From assembly GCF_009914755.1 (NCBI RefSeq), contig NC_060929.1: a DNA stretch of 64,000 nucleotides; one strand, given 5' to 3'. Within the stretch, counting starts at the first letter, position 1. The number at the start of each line of letters is the position of its first letter. The stretch is from the human T2T-CHM13v2.0 reference genome, Homo sapiens. Below the pieces are notes generated by a model. The model made no database searches, had not been told where the DNA came from, and worked only from the letters and a program-made list of their open reading frames with translations. A program made the translations under genes and the position numbers. Positions 27,857 through 42,797 of this stretch are shown here, in pieces.

Positions 27857-28208
27857 TGATAGCGTTTGGCTGTGTCTCCACCCAAATCTCATCTTGAATT
27901 GTAAAAATCCCCACGTCAAAGGTAGGGCCAGGTGGAGATAATTGAATGATGAAGATAGCTTCCCCCACACCATTCTCATGGTGGTGAATAAGTCTCACAA
28001 GATCTAATGGTTTTATAAATGGGAGTTCTTCTGCACAAGCTCTCTTGCCTGCCACCATGTAAGACATGACTTGCTCCTCCTTCACCTTTTGCCGTGATTG
28101 TTGGGACTCTCGAGCCATGTGGACCTATGAGTCTATTGAACTTCTTTCCTTTATAAATTACCCAGTCTTGGGTATGTCTTTATTAGAGCATGAGAACAGA
28201 CTAATACA
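27857..28208 (+). mobile_element. THE1 (THE1B-like) MaLR solo LTR
   Basis: 'tgatagcgtttggctgtgtctccacccaaatctcatcttgaattgt...gaacagactaataca'; 5-bp TSD ggtac/ggtat. Confidence 0.92.
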
Positions 28209-28752
28209 GGTATGTTTTGTTTTATAAAAAAATGTGAGCATCAACACCCACAGTATGGACCCAATAAAGGGTAGACCTCACAGAGTTTGCTTGACTTCAC
28301 CATGTATGTCATAGTTTCTTTGAATATTTTGGAAAGCAAAGCCTCAAACTTGCCTTAAAAGCATACCCTTAACAGTAGCTGAAGGGGAAACCTGCAGCCA
28401 CACACCCAGCACTACCAGGATGCTGAGTTTACCTCAGACTAAAGAGAATAGTGACAGCCACACTGGTGTGGTGTAATGGTCCCAGCTGCAGTAACTGGCA
28501 GTCCCCAAATATATTCATTATCCAATTACCCATGTGAGCAGAGCAGCTGAATTCTGTATTGTTCTCTCTTTACCCGGGTTGTGTGGTAGCAAGTTGGGCC
28601 CTGGTAGCTCTAACAGGGAACTGTGGAGAGGTAGGACTTCTCTTGTGTCCTGGTGTTTCTTGGAATCTGTGCCATCTCCTCTGCCATTTTGACTCTTGAG
28701 ATTTAAATTCTTCTTTTACTCCATGTGGCCATAGACTATCAGACCTAAGTAA

Positions 28753-29175
<423 letters not shown>

Positions 29176-29549
29176 CATGTTTTCTTTTAATAAGTTGTTT
29201 TATGATGTCACCTCTTCTGGGATGATGTTGAGGGCTTTCCCATGCTTAAGTACAGGAACATGAGACAAACCCATGGAAATGCCAGTAACTGCATACTTCC
29301 TCCCAGTGGCCGTGTGAGCTCTGCTTCATCCCGTGCATCACTCACATAACTTTTGACCAGCACCGTAAGGAAATTCTCTGCAGATAGTTCTGTGAACACA
29401 TTTGCATGAGAGGAAAAAGTTTTACTGACTACAGTCTATATGTTTGATTTGCATGTGGAATCACATGCAAATGGTGGCAGGAACCTGACCTAGCATAGAC
29501 AGACATATTTAAAACTTTTTTTAGATTGCAAACTCTAATAATAAGTTCA

Positions 29550-29875
29550 GGCTGGATGCAGTCGCTTACTCCTATAATGCCAGCACTTGGAGAGGCCAAG
29601 ACAGGGGGATTGCTTGAGGTCTGGAGTTGGAAACCAGCCTGGGCAAAATAACGAGACCCTGTCTCTACAAACAAACAAACAACAACAACCCCCCCCCCCC
29701 CGCAAAAAAAAATTAGCTAGGCATGGTGGCATGTATCTATAGTCCTAGCTACTAGGGAGGCTGAGGCTGGAGGATTGCTTGAACCCAGGAGTTTGAGGTA
29801 ACTGAGCTGTGATCATACCACTGCACTTTAGCCTGGGCAACAGAGTGGTACCCTGTCTCTAAAAAATAAATAAGT
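29550..29875 (+). mobile_element. AluJ with expanded (CAAA)/(CAA)/C13 linker
   Basis: 'ggattgcttgaacccaggagtttgagg...gagctgtgatcataccactgc' J-type features. Confidence 0.9.
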
Positions 29876-31234
29876 GAATGAATTTAAACGTGTATTATAG
29901 AAATATAATCTTTCAAGAAATATTTACATATTTCATAGATGTTTATGTGAAGATGTCCTTTATCAGAAAATGCTAATTTAGCTTATGCTTTATGCTCTTT
30001 ATAGTGCAGAAAAAATGATTTTTAACTTTTGGTGTGTCATAGAGATAAGTGGGATTAACCTTTTGGTAACTTTAGCGTCGAGTGCCTAACTCTTCCTAAA
30101 CCCTGATTTTCCAATGCAGTCTTTTATTGTTATTGGGGGTGGTGGTATATGCTTTTACTTAGAGGGGTCAGCTTTGAGGCAGAGAGTATCTTCTAGATTT
30201 ATTTTATTTTTAGGAAATTGAGCAGGGCATTTGATTTGAGAAATTGGTACTGTGTGCCTTCCATATGTGGCTGCTGTGGAACAAGTGGTAATGTTAATTG
30301 CAGGGAGAGTGGGACCTTCCCACTGGACTAGCAGCAGGACAAAGTGAGGGAGAGTTTTGCTCCTTTTCTCAGCTCCTTTTGGCCTCTCTCCCTAGGCAAT
30401 AAACATTCAAGTTTGCTTTGCATGGGGCACATGAGTGGGTTTACCAGGGGGTTTGTATTTAAGCATATAAACCATAGTGTTTAGTATCTTAACAAATCAA
30501 GAATCAATTATCTGCAAGAATAAGCAGAAGGTTTTTCTTATGTCTAGAATAAATTAACTTAAATGCTAAAACCAGTCCTTGTGGATTAAAGAAGCACTTG
30601 GAAGCAATGAAGTATATTTTTAAAATGCACTTGACATCATACACTGGAATGAAATTAATAGATCAGTACACAGTTTTCATGTCTTAGAGGAATAGTGGTG
30701 GCTTTTTAAGGTGGATTTCTAAGGTACTACCAATATGTATATAGATGTAGTTGAATTTGATAGAATCATGGGGAGAAATGCCATCAAACACCTGGTTAAA
30801 AGCATATTACTTAATTATTATCTTTGAGAATTCAGGCCACTTATGTTTATTCTATTTTTTTTCTCTTTTTTTGTTTTGCTGAAAGATGTTGGTTGGTCAT
30901 ACCTTTAAGATGATGGTGGTGATTGTCTTGGGAGGCACTTAAAAGGAGAATTAAAACAAAGAGACTTCAAATTGGTTTTCATAAGGGTCTAAGTCTTTCC
31001 CTCCCAACACACACCACATCTACTATTTAATATCATCTAGGCTGTATTATGTTCATGTAACCAAGAATTGTGAATTCTGTTTGTGTTAACCCACAGAGGA
31101 ATTCAAAACCACAAAACAAAACCTCTAAAACTGCTTCCTTTCATGGATTCCCAAGTAGCATGAACCAGTTTCAGCTGTTCCTACATGGTATAGTAGTGAG
31201 GTTTCCCCAATAGCTAGCATTGCATTTCTCTCTT

Positions 31235-32330
31235 AAAAAAGTATTATTGAGACATAATTGGCATACAATAAACTGTACATAATTTAAAGTGCACAATTTC
31301 ATAAGTTGATATGTGTATACGCTCGTGAAACCACCAGCACAGTTGAGATAATAAAATACCCATCTCCCCCAGAAGTTTTCTCCTGCCCCTTTGTCATTGC
31401 TCCCCCACCCCCACATCCCCAACCAGACAACTACCAATGCTTTCCATCCCTAAAAATTAGTTTACATTTTTTAAAAACTTTACATAACTAGAGTAATATT
31501 ATATGCACCCTTCTTTTAGGCCTGGCTTCTCACTCAGCATAATTATTTTGAGATTCGTCCATGTCATAGCATATGTCAATCATTTATTAGAGTTGTTTTG
31601 CTAAGTAATATCCTATTGAATGACTGTGTCAGTTTCATTAGTCTCTTGCCACTGGACATTTGGGTTGTTTATAGCTTTTGACCATTATAAATAAACCTGA
31701 TATATGTGATCTGTAAATGTTTTCTCCCAGCCTGTGGCTTGTGTTTTTATTCTCTTTATAGCATCTATTGAAGAGCAAAAGCTTTATTAATTCGTTCTTT
31801 AAATGCTTTTGGTATTGGAGCTAAGCCGTCTTTCCCTAATCCAAAGTCACAAAGGTTTTCTCATATGTTTTCTTCCAGAAGTTTTGTAGTTTTAGATTGT
31901 ACATTTAGGTCTATGATTAATGTTAGTTGATTTTTATACATGGAGGGTGAGATATGGATTGAAGTTCATTTCTGCATACACGTCTCTAATCGTTCCCGCA
32001 CCATTTGTTGAACAGGCTATTTCTTTCTCCTCTGAAATGCTTTGAACTTTTGTCAAAAATTAGTTGTCTGTGTATTTGTGTTTCCATTTACAGACTTTCT
32101 ATTTCATTGATTTGTCTTTACATCAATCTACTGTCTTGATTATTATAGCTTTATAATAAGTCTTGATCTCAGAAGCATTAGTATTCCAACTTTGTTCATC
32201 TTTTTTCAAAGTTGTTTTGGCTGTTCTAGTTGCCTTAATTGTAGGATCAGTTTGTCAGCTTCTACAAAAAAAAAAGCCTGTTGATATTTTTATTGAAATC
32301 ATATTGAATCCATAGATCAATCTGAGAAGC
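31235..32330 (-). mobile_element. L1M (L1ME/MD-type) 3' UTR plus ORF2 remnants
   Basis: 'ttgagacataattggcatacaataaactg', 'ggacatttgggttgttt', 'caccatttgttgaa', 'ttgaatccatagatcaat'. Confidence 0.85.
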
Positions 32331-32855
32331 TATGAAAAGTTGACCAGTACTTATACTGAAATTCTAGTCTAAGAGATGGATTAAAGAGGACAATGTGTAA
32401 GCTGATACAGTGTGGAAAGATGGGATGGAATGGCCCCCAGGGTGTGCTGATAGAGAAGAAGGACCAGGCTGGGGAGATTGAGTGGAGGAATGAGTGATCA
32501 TAAATGAGCAAATACTTTGTCCAAAAAGCCCCTCAGAGAAGTGCAAGGGACGTAGTTGGGTGGGTGGTTCAGGGAGTAGCTCAAGTAATGATTTGAAGCT
32601 GAAGTCAGAAGGAACTAGCCACATTTCTTCTAGAAAGAACTATAATGGAGAGCTCACGCTTAGCATAGAGAGGGGGTAGAAGAGGAAGAGTGTGACCAGA
32701 GGAGGTTCAGTGGCTGGGGAGAGAACCACGGGTCCAAAATGTTGTGATGCAGGGGACTCAGAGGGTTACATCATGCTTTAATGATTGCTACATTGCCTGA
32801 GTCTGATACAACAATGAAGGTCAGTTATACACTTGAACTGATTGCTTATCTAGGA

Positions 32856-33073
32856 CAGTGGGTCTCAACTGGGGGTGATTTTACCCCCAAAGATGACATT
32901 TGACAATATCTAGAGACCTTTTTGGTTGTCACAACTATTTGGGGACCAGGGTTTCTCTCACTGTCTTCTAGTGGAGAGAGGTCAGGGATACTGCTAAACA
33001 CCTACAGTGAACAAGACAACCCCAAAGAATTATCTGCCCAAAATATCAGTAGTGCTGAGGATGAGAAACTCTG
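32856..33073 (+). mobile_element. MER20 (hAT-Charlie MITE)
   Basis: cagtgggtctcaac...gagaaactctg TIRs; 8-bp TSD atctagga/atctagag. Confidence 0.9.
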
Positions 33074-33106
33074 ATCTAGAGATCGAGAATCAGAAAAGAA
33101 GGTAGA

Positions 33107-33414
<308 letters not shown>

Positions 33415-33810
33415 TCAAGTGGAATGAGAGCTGATTGTTTGCTGTGAGATTTCATGTTTTCTTCTGAGGAGAAATATTTGTTCTCTTGTATAGTGACTGT
33501 GGGATGTTTCCCTGGATGATAAGAAATTAGTCTGTGGGACTCCTCTTTGGGGATGTTTTCAGAAGATTTCTAAAAAGGTTATCAAATAAAGCTAGTTTAA
33601 AAAAAGAATAGCTTGACTAAAAGTAATTGGAAGAAAATTTTAGCATTTGAACTAGTGTACTTAAGAAAATTATTCTCTTTGGACATGGCATTGTCCATAG
33701 ATGAGTTTGTCAATTAATGTACTTTTCAGTACAAGTAATAGAAAACCTAACTCAAAGTGATTGGAGGAAAAAAATGCCAGTTGTGTAACTAAACAGTTGA
33801 GGCTGCACGC

Positions 33811-33920
33811 GGGCGCTGGTCCCGAGGGTCAGTGCTGTCTTGGGGACACAGGTCCTCCTGCACTGGGGGGCTAGTCCTGAGGCTCACTGCTGTCTCAGGG
33901 ACACAGGTCCTCCTGCACTG
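33811..33920. repeat. 55-bp GC-rich tandem duplication (2 copies)
   Basis: 33811-33865 vs 33866-33920, 48/55 identical by my count. Confidence 0.9.
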
Positions 33921-34100
33921 GCTGCAGGCTTCCTTCCTGGCTCACCCCTTAGTGTCCGCCTGAGGTTTCCAGAGTTAATGGAAGAAGAAGAAATTTTCTT
34001 CTCCTACCATTATGGGTTTCTCTTCGATTGGACCATTTTAAATTATGTGTTTAATCCTGAACATGGGAGTGTTTCTAGCATTACCATCATTAGCTTAGAC

Positions 34101-34373
34101 CTGCGTTGTCCAGTGCAGCAGCCACTAGCCACATGTGGCTCTCAAGCTCTTGCAATGTGGCTAGGCCAAACAGATCCAGAAAAAGAATGGAAATATCTCA
34201 TTAGTAATTCTTATGTTAATAGCATGCTGAAATGATAGTATTTGTGGGTATATTGGGTTAAATGTTATGAAAATTATGTTAACCTGTTTCTTTAAAAATA
34301 ATTTTAATGCGACTACTAGAAAATTTTAAATTGTATAAGTGGCTCTGAATTGTATTTCTGGTGGAGACCAATG
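34101..34373. mobile_element. MER33 (hAT-Charlie)
   Basis: 'agccactagccacatgtggct'; 8-bp TSD gcttagac/gcttagaa. Confidence 0.8.
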
Positions 34374-34599
34374 GCTTAGAACATTCAGGAGTCCTTGGAA
34401 ATGGAGTGTAGTCAGTTCCACCCAAACTACATGGCTGATACACAGGGGGGAAAGAGAGATGGAATGGATATTAAGCAAGTAGCCCCAAATGAACACAATG
34501 ATGAGACTGGCATAGGCAAAGAATGTTTGTTCATTTGCTACTGTTTTACTGAAGATGAATGTATAGAAATACTACTGTACTACCATTTATAAAAGTTAA

Positions 34600-36015
34600 T
34601 AACATAGTTTTGAAAATTATGAAATTACTATTGTGCTCATAGTAACTAGTGAAACAGCACAAAGTTATACAAAGAGGAGGTAAATGATCTCCATCCCTTC
34701 CAATCCCTGTCTCTATCCACAACCTTAGGTAGTCATTGTTAGACTGGTGTGTATTCTTCCATTCTTCACTTCATATGCATACAGGTGTAGGTACATTTGC
34801 ATACATTGATTTGTTGCAGTTGTTGCTACTACCTGTCTTAAACAAGATGTTAAGCACCCACTCTTTAGTTTTCTTTTGTCACCTTATCAGTCTCCCAAGT
34901 CAGTGGATACAAATTTATCCCATTTATTTTAATAATTATATTATGTTCTACATTATAGATATACCACATTTTATTTAACCATTTTCCTATTAACTGACAT
35001 TCTTGTTGTTTTCAGTACTCCCTTTCTCCCCTCCCCACAACAAACAGTGCTGCAATAAACAATTTTTTTACCTATATCCTTACGTACTGGTCCTTTTTTC
35101 TCCTATAGGATAGATTCCCAGAAGTGGAATTGCTTGGTCAAACGGTATGTGTATTTCTAATTTTAATAGCTATCACTTTACCCAAAAGAATAGAAAATCA
35201 CCTTCACCCATAAGAATGCCCATTTTCTACATTCTCACCAGCACTGGATGTCACTGCCCTTAATTCTTTCCAATCTTATTACGCCTGGTCATTACTTTAA
35301 ATTGCATTTCCTTCACTACCACTGATGTTGAGTATATTTTCATATGTTTACTCTTCATTTACATTTCTCTTTTCTTCACTTCATGCTTATTTTCACTGCC
35401 CATTTTTCCATTTAGTAGTGTTTTTCTTTTTCAGTTTCTACAAACTATTATGTGAAAGTATTAATCCGTTGTGGTATGTGTGCAAATGTCTTTGCAGTTT
35501 TTATCTGTTTATGATGTCTTTTGCCAAATGAAATTGTTAATTATTATTTAATCAAATATGTCTTTTTCTTTATTGCTTCTGAATTATTTGTTTTGCTCAG
35601 AGTGGTATTGTCCACCCCAAGGTCATGCAGATATTCCCTTAAATTTTCTCACTATTTTTAAAAAAACATTCAATCTTCAACTTAAAATTTTGTACACGAG
35701 ATGAGGTAGGATTCTCTTTCTTTTTTTTTTTTTCTCCCTAGATGGATGACCAGTTACTTAAGTCCTAGTTAATACAAGAAAATTTATTTTTCATGGGATT
35801 GAAATGTTGTCCTTGTCACATATAAAGATGCCATATATATTTGGAACTATTTCTGGACTCTCTATTCTACTCCTATCTGTCTGTTTCTGTGCCAACACCA
35901 TTCTGTTTTGAATACACTGGCTTTTCTAGTGACTTATAATTTCTGGTAAGTCCTCCTTCACTCTCCTTTTACACTTTCATGACTTTTTTTAGCCAGTTAT
36001 TTTTCCACATTGTTC
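34600..36015 (-). mobile_element. L1ME-type fragment(s)
   Basis: 'taggatagattcccagaagtggaattgcttggtcaaa', 'ctatttctggactctctattct'. Confidence 0.75.
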
Positions 36016-37004
36016 TGGTTAAATTAAAAATTTAAAATTGAAGGCGTTTTATCGTAAATGCTTTTAAAATGAAAGGTAATATAACACTACTTAATACGTA
36101 GAACCAAAAATTTAATATTTCTCAGTGTGGAGATCTCTTTACCTGATGCCACTAATTGGAAAAATATTTACTGAGAAACTAAAGGTTACTACTTCTGTCA
36201 GTTTTAATTCTTTAAAAGTGATTTACTTTATCTCTGTGATAATTGTACAATCATGCCAAGATGCAAATATTGGGATATAGCCATGACTTTTTAATTATCC
36301 GATAATTATATTATTGCATTAAAGCTTAAGGGGTTAAAGTTTTCAATGAATGTAAGTTTTTAGTTTGCATGTCTGTTTATGTACCAAATTATGAAGTATA
36401 CCCATATCTGGATTGGTTGAGAGATTTGTAAATATGATGTGAACAAAGAACTATAACTGAAGTGCACAATACACCATGTACTTTGGAATCTTTTGTGACT
36501 TAATTCTTTTTAAGCTTAATGTTGAATATTACGTGGACTTTAGAAATTGTCACACTTGAAACTGGATAAAGTTTTTGAGTATTTGATATGCTTTTGGCCA
36601 TTCTTAACTTTTAATTTATACTGTATATTGACATTAACTTAATTGTTTTTACTGACATTCTTAATTGCTTTTTGGAATTCATTAGCTGGTATAATACTAA
36701 AGTAATAAATACGTTGTGTTTTTCTAAAGGCATCTGAAATAGTGGAGCTAAATACTAAAACTGGGATAAAAATAATGGTAATTTTAGCTTACAAATAAAC
36801 AAATGTGAGGTCTCTATTTTACTTATGGAAGTAGAAGGACATCCTCATGTAGGTTCTACCTATGTTTACTTGATTAAGTAGAAAAAATTATTAGTTTATT
36901 CTGTAGCCAAAAATAAAATGGTGAAATGATTGGTATATATTATTGAATGATATATATAATGAATGGTATATATATTAATGATATACTTAGATAAAATTGT
37001 TTTA

Positions 37005-37358
<354 letters not shown>

Positions 37359-37490
37359 TTAAGAAAAGAAGGGGAAATTAAGTTACTTGCATTAAGACCA
37401 AAAAAGGATAGTCAACTTAGAGTTAAACTGAAACCTTCCATATGAACTTATCATCTTTACTAAATCAAAACAATTTGCCATCTCATTCTA

Positions 37491-37844
<354 letters not shown>

Positions 37845-38020
37845 TCATATAAAAAACTAATAGGCACTTTATTTACCCTGATTTTGGTCTCTAATATTAT
37901 TCTCCACTAAAGGTCACCAGGACTGTTTTTGGAACATAACTGGATGTCATGATTGAAATAGGCAGAATTTTGTTGGAACATTTTCTTTTTTTGGAACTCT
38001 TTCGCTCTCTTTCTCTATTT

Positions 38021-38108
38021 TTCTCTCTCCTTCCTTCCTTCCTTCCTTCCTTCCTTCCTTCCTTCCTTCCTTCCTTCCTTCTTTCTCTCTCTCTCTCTCT
38101 CTCTTTCT
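38021..38108. repeat. (CCTT)n-(CT)n pyrimidine tract
   Basis: Read directly from the sequence. Confidence 0.95.
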
Positions 38109-38654
38109 AATGAACAAGGATGCTTTTAATGATGTGTGGAAGTTGAGCAGATGAACCAAATTGAGGTAACTTCTGCTGGCTAGTAGTGAAAATTTAAGTA
38201 GCAAAGAGGAAAGTAATTATAAGCCATTTTAACAAGTTGAACCTCTCAAAAGCCAAGAGTCAATCGTGATATATTCAGAGGTGACAAATGATACAAACTA
38301 TGCTAAATAAAAGGCATATTGTGTTTCCAGTATTTTCAAATAAGCTGCATTTTGGTCAACTCAAATTGTGTTTCCCTACTCTCGTTTGAATCATTATCAA
38401 AATTGACAGAGTTGATAAAGATAAATATAAAAAATTAGAGTATATTTTAAATATAATTATGTGTATCTGTGTAAATTCCACATTGTTAATTTTAAGGTAA
38501 AATTGTTTTAAAATACAAGTAGAATCAGATTTAAAAACCGTAAAAATCAATAAATAACAGGTATCATAAGATTAACACTTGTTTCTTTTATAATACTTGC
38601 ATTTAAGTGTTATTAATATGTTTCTCTTATAATACCTACACTGAAACATTGAAT

Positions 38655-38879
38655 GTGTGATCTCAGCTCACCACAACCTCCGCCTTCCAGGTTCAAGGGA
38701 TTCCCTTGCCTCAGCCTCCCGAGTAGCTGGGCTTACAGGCATGCGCCACCATGCCTGACTAAGTTTTGTGTTTTTATTAGAGACAGGGTTTCTCCGTGTT
38801 GGTCAGGCTGGCCTCGAACTCCCTACCTCAGGAGATCCGCCCACCTCAGCCTCCCAAAGTACTGGGATTACAGGTGTGA
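38655..38879 (-). mobile_element. AluSp-like internal fragment lacking the tail and both ends
   Basis: 'ctcaccacaacctcc' and 'gtttctccgtgttggtcaggctgg' Sp-type positions; no poly-T. Confidence 0.88.
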
Positions 38880-39572
38880 AAATGTTTCTTTTATAATACT
38901 TATATTTAACCCTTGAATTTGTTCCAGGGCTGCCTAATTTCTAATGACTCTGGAAGATAGAGTCATTAGAATAGAGAACTTTTCTGTTTTTGTGAAACAC
39001 ATAAACATAAACAACCAGAAAGCCTGGGGGTTGGAGTGAGGATTGGAGTGCCCAGACAGTGCTGTGACTGTGGAGTTTATTATTCCCAAAGCCAGAAAAA
39101 TCACAGCGGCTGCAGTGGACCAAGATGCCCAAAAAGCCACTTACGATTAGAGGGTACAAAGTGATAAGCTGGGATGCACTAGAATAATAAAGCAATGTTC
39201 ACATGACTTAAAGAATAAGGTCAGGTGGCAGGGGGGTTGCCCTAAAACTGCAACATTGGGTTAAAAAAATCATGTGTGTTGATTTAAATGAATCAACTAA
39301 GGTTATGTTAGAGCCCCTAAGTCTGACATAAGGGTACTAAGCAAATGAGTATTCTGTGCTGACTAGAAAACAATAATATACCTCCAAAAATATTTCAGGC
39401 CTCATGTTCAAAGCGGTACTCCATAAAGGCCGGGGACATCACTCCTGGACCTAATGAGGTGAGGTAAACTGCAGCCCACCTTCGTCCAGAGGCATTCTTA
39501 ATTTATATCAAACTGAAATAAAACCCTTATGTGACATTGTAAAAGATGAAAAAATAGTACAACTAAAGATTA

Positions 39573-39872
<300 letters not shown>

Positions 39873-41039
39873 TATGAATCAAGATCAATGTTTTGCATGC
39901 ATTAATTATCAATGTAAGACTTGTAAAGTTTGCATACAAATGGCCAAGATAAAATGTAACTTCATGTAACGTTCTAATTAAATAATATTATCTTCTTGTG
40001 AAAATGCTGCCTTTATTCAATATTACTTTCATGTATTTGGTAAGATGGTACCATCTTAGATTGTCTCAAAATGAAATGCCACCAGTCTTCCATCTTTATT
40101 TTGCCTTAGTCCACTGCTAGACTATGTTAAGCCTCCTACACACAGGAGGTAGCAGATTACTGACACAACAGATTCAGTTCCTATGCGGGACTTCCATATT
40201 GCTGAAATTTTAAATGGCTCTATCAGTGGGAAAGTGTAGCATCCTAAGAGAAGATGCAGTTCTTTTGGAGTATGGATCCACTCTGTTTCTGGGCTCGCTG
40301 TGGAAATTGTAAATCTGCTGTAATTGTTACCTGAGTGCTCGTCTTCCCTGCTATCATGTCTTCTTCCTATTAAGAGATGAGTTGAGACTGCTCCATTTAT
40401 TGGGATGAAGCCATTGGGTCAGGAGTCAGTGACCCTTATTCTCTGTGCCTTAAAGAGAAATAGCCTCTTTCCTTTGGGAACCTATTGTGAGCTGGTGACA
40501 TGTACTGCCAGCTGCATGTAACTTCCAGGTTAACTCATGTCAAAGGACTATCTTTTAAAGCGACACATTGAATTTGGTCCCTAGTTATGAATCCCCACAA
40601 TACTTGTGTACATCTAAATGTTTAAATGTCAACCTCTTCTCCGTTTTCTGCTGTCATTTCTGCTAAAAATGACAAAAATTGTAATGAATGAAATAACTAC
40701 TTGCAAAAAAAATACTGTCTCTTCTAGTATTGCCTTTGTTAAAGGCCAGCTTACTATTGCTTAGAAAGGGATAGGACTCTTGAGATGTATGAATAGAAAA
40801 CTTCAAAAGTGAAGCTGTCAAAGTAATGGAAAATAAGGATATTTTAAATATAATTGCAGTTGAATTCAGTAGTGAAAAAAAAGTCAAAGGATTTCTACTT
40901 AATGCCATCCTGAGGTGTGGAACATTTTGTAAGAATGAGTAGGATATTCACAGAAAGGAGAGCACCTCAGCATTCTCCAATTTAGGGCGGCACATGTTCC
41001 CCAACCTCCAATTTATCTGACCAGGTCTCCACTGTATCT

Positions 41040-41660
41040 GTTAAGACCCCTTCATTTTCATCTTCTCGGGCATCCAACCGTGGAGCATAAGATCACATTT
41101 GTTAGGGACACTGTGACTGAACAAATATTTTCTTTTACATGGTGCTTTCAGAAGAATTCTTTTATCTCCTAGATGGCCAGGCTCCTTGGAAGCCTGAACA
41201 ATAAAATCTGAGCGATCTATTTCAGCACCAGAATCCTGTGAGCTCAACACACTTTGAAGCGGATTGCTCCCCATTGTGGGGCCACAATAAAAAGTGGGGT
41301 TTTTCATAGTCCTTGTATTAATGTCTGCAAAGCCAGATGGCTTTGTAAAATGAGTGCAAAAGCAGTATAACTGATTAAAAGAAACGCTGGGTAGTTAAAG
41401 GCTTCCATACCCAATGTGAGTCTGGCAGAAAGCATTGTCGTCTTGGGATACGTTAATATTGGGGAATCTCACTCTCCCGTCTTCAAGGGTCAGCCGAAGA
41501 TAATCGAGACAGGTGTTGGTCACAGGAGCCTTCAACATGAAGGCTGAAAAAATATGTCTAGCTGGCCATTGAGAGAATTGCCACAAAACAAAATAATGCA
41601 ACTGGTTGGTGAGGGAAGTGCTTTCTGTAGGTAGAAGTTTCTGAGGTTGTGGCTATCACG
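41040..41660. promoter_or_regulatory. Candidate conserved non-coding/enhancer block
   Basis: No repeat similarity that I recognise; about 11 CpG in 620 bp; two CAATAAAA motifs. Confidence 0.3.
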
Positions 41661-42501
41661 TTGTTCTCTTTTTCCTGTTTTTTTATTGTGGTCCTAAATC
41701 TACATCCTCCTGTAACCCCCAGGTTCCATTGTCTTATACCTAAGGGTAACCAAACTCATGCTTCTTCTCAGTATAGTCTAAATGACTCTTGAGGTTGCAA
41801 AGATCTTGCTTTTTGGTTGCTGCTCTAGAAATCATCCTGCCTGTGTTTGTAACCCTGCCTGCTGACCTTAACCTCACAACACAGTCATATATTTCAAGTT
41901 GTTTGGGGAGAAGGGGGTTGATGAAACCTGGCCTTGTACATAAAGGGATTCAGAGATGTGGCAAATTGTTCTCTGACTTTAAAAGCTATCATTCAATTAT
42001 TGGGAAATGGCATTCAGGACCGAAGGAGCAAAAAGCTCATCTTAAGATGTGTTTTAAAAACCTGTCATAAAAGAGTTAGGTGGCCCCTGGTTTAGTTGCT
42101 TTTCCATCATCAGGAAACCCTTTAATCTTTCAGTGAATGACATATGATAGGGTTTTAAAAACCAAGCCACCTTGCTGTTCCATTTTCTCCTTGTTGCCAT
42201 CTCATCTTCCTGACTCATCAGATTTGGTGCTGATCTGCTTGCAAAGTAGGAAAGGCAGAGGGCCTGGCACCTGTGTATTCAGTTGAAATAGCCAATTTCA
42301 GAAGAGTTTGTACATTTTGACCTTTCTGAACTTCTTTGGATCCTTTTGAAGAGGGAAGTAATTCTAACCTGGAGGCATTCCCAGTAATTATTTTGGAGAA
42401 TAAACTGATATGTGTATCCCTATTATTGTGGTCTATCTTTTGAGTAAAAAAATAGAATTTATAATATTTTAATATGACTACTTGGTCTTTGTAGAAAATA
42501 A

Positions 42502-42797
<296 letters not shown>

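Noticed and set aside
27768-28118. 116-aa minus-strand ORF
   Set aside because: Lies antisense across the THE1 LTR
33811-33920. CRISPR-like repeat array
   Set aside because: Only two adjacent copies with no spacers, in primate DNA
33840-34235. 131-aa ORF
   Set aside because: Spans a tandem duplication, LTR remnant and MER33; non-ATG start; no homology recognised
39135-39200. Minus-strand exon ending at ATC|GTAAGT (~39144)
   Set aside because: Isolated donor match, no recognisable peptide, and opposite to the inferred transcription direction
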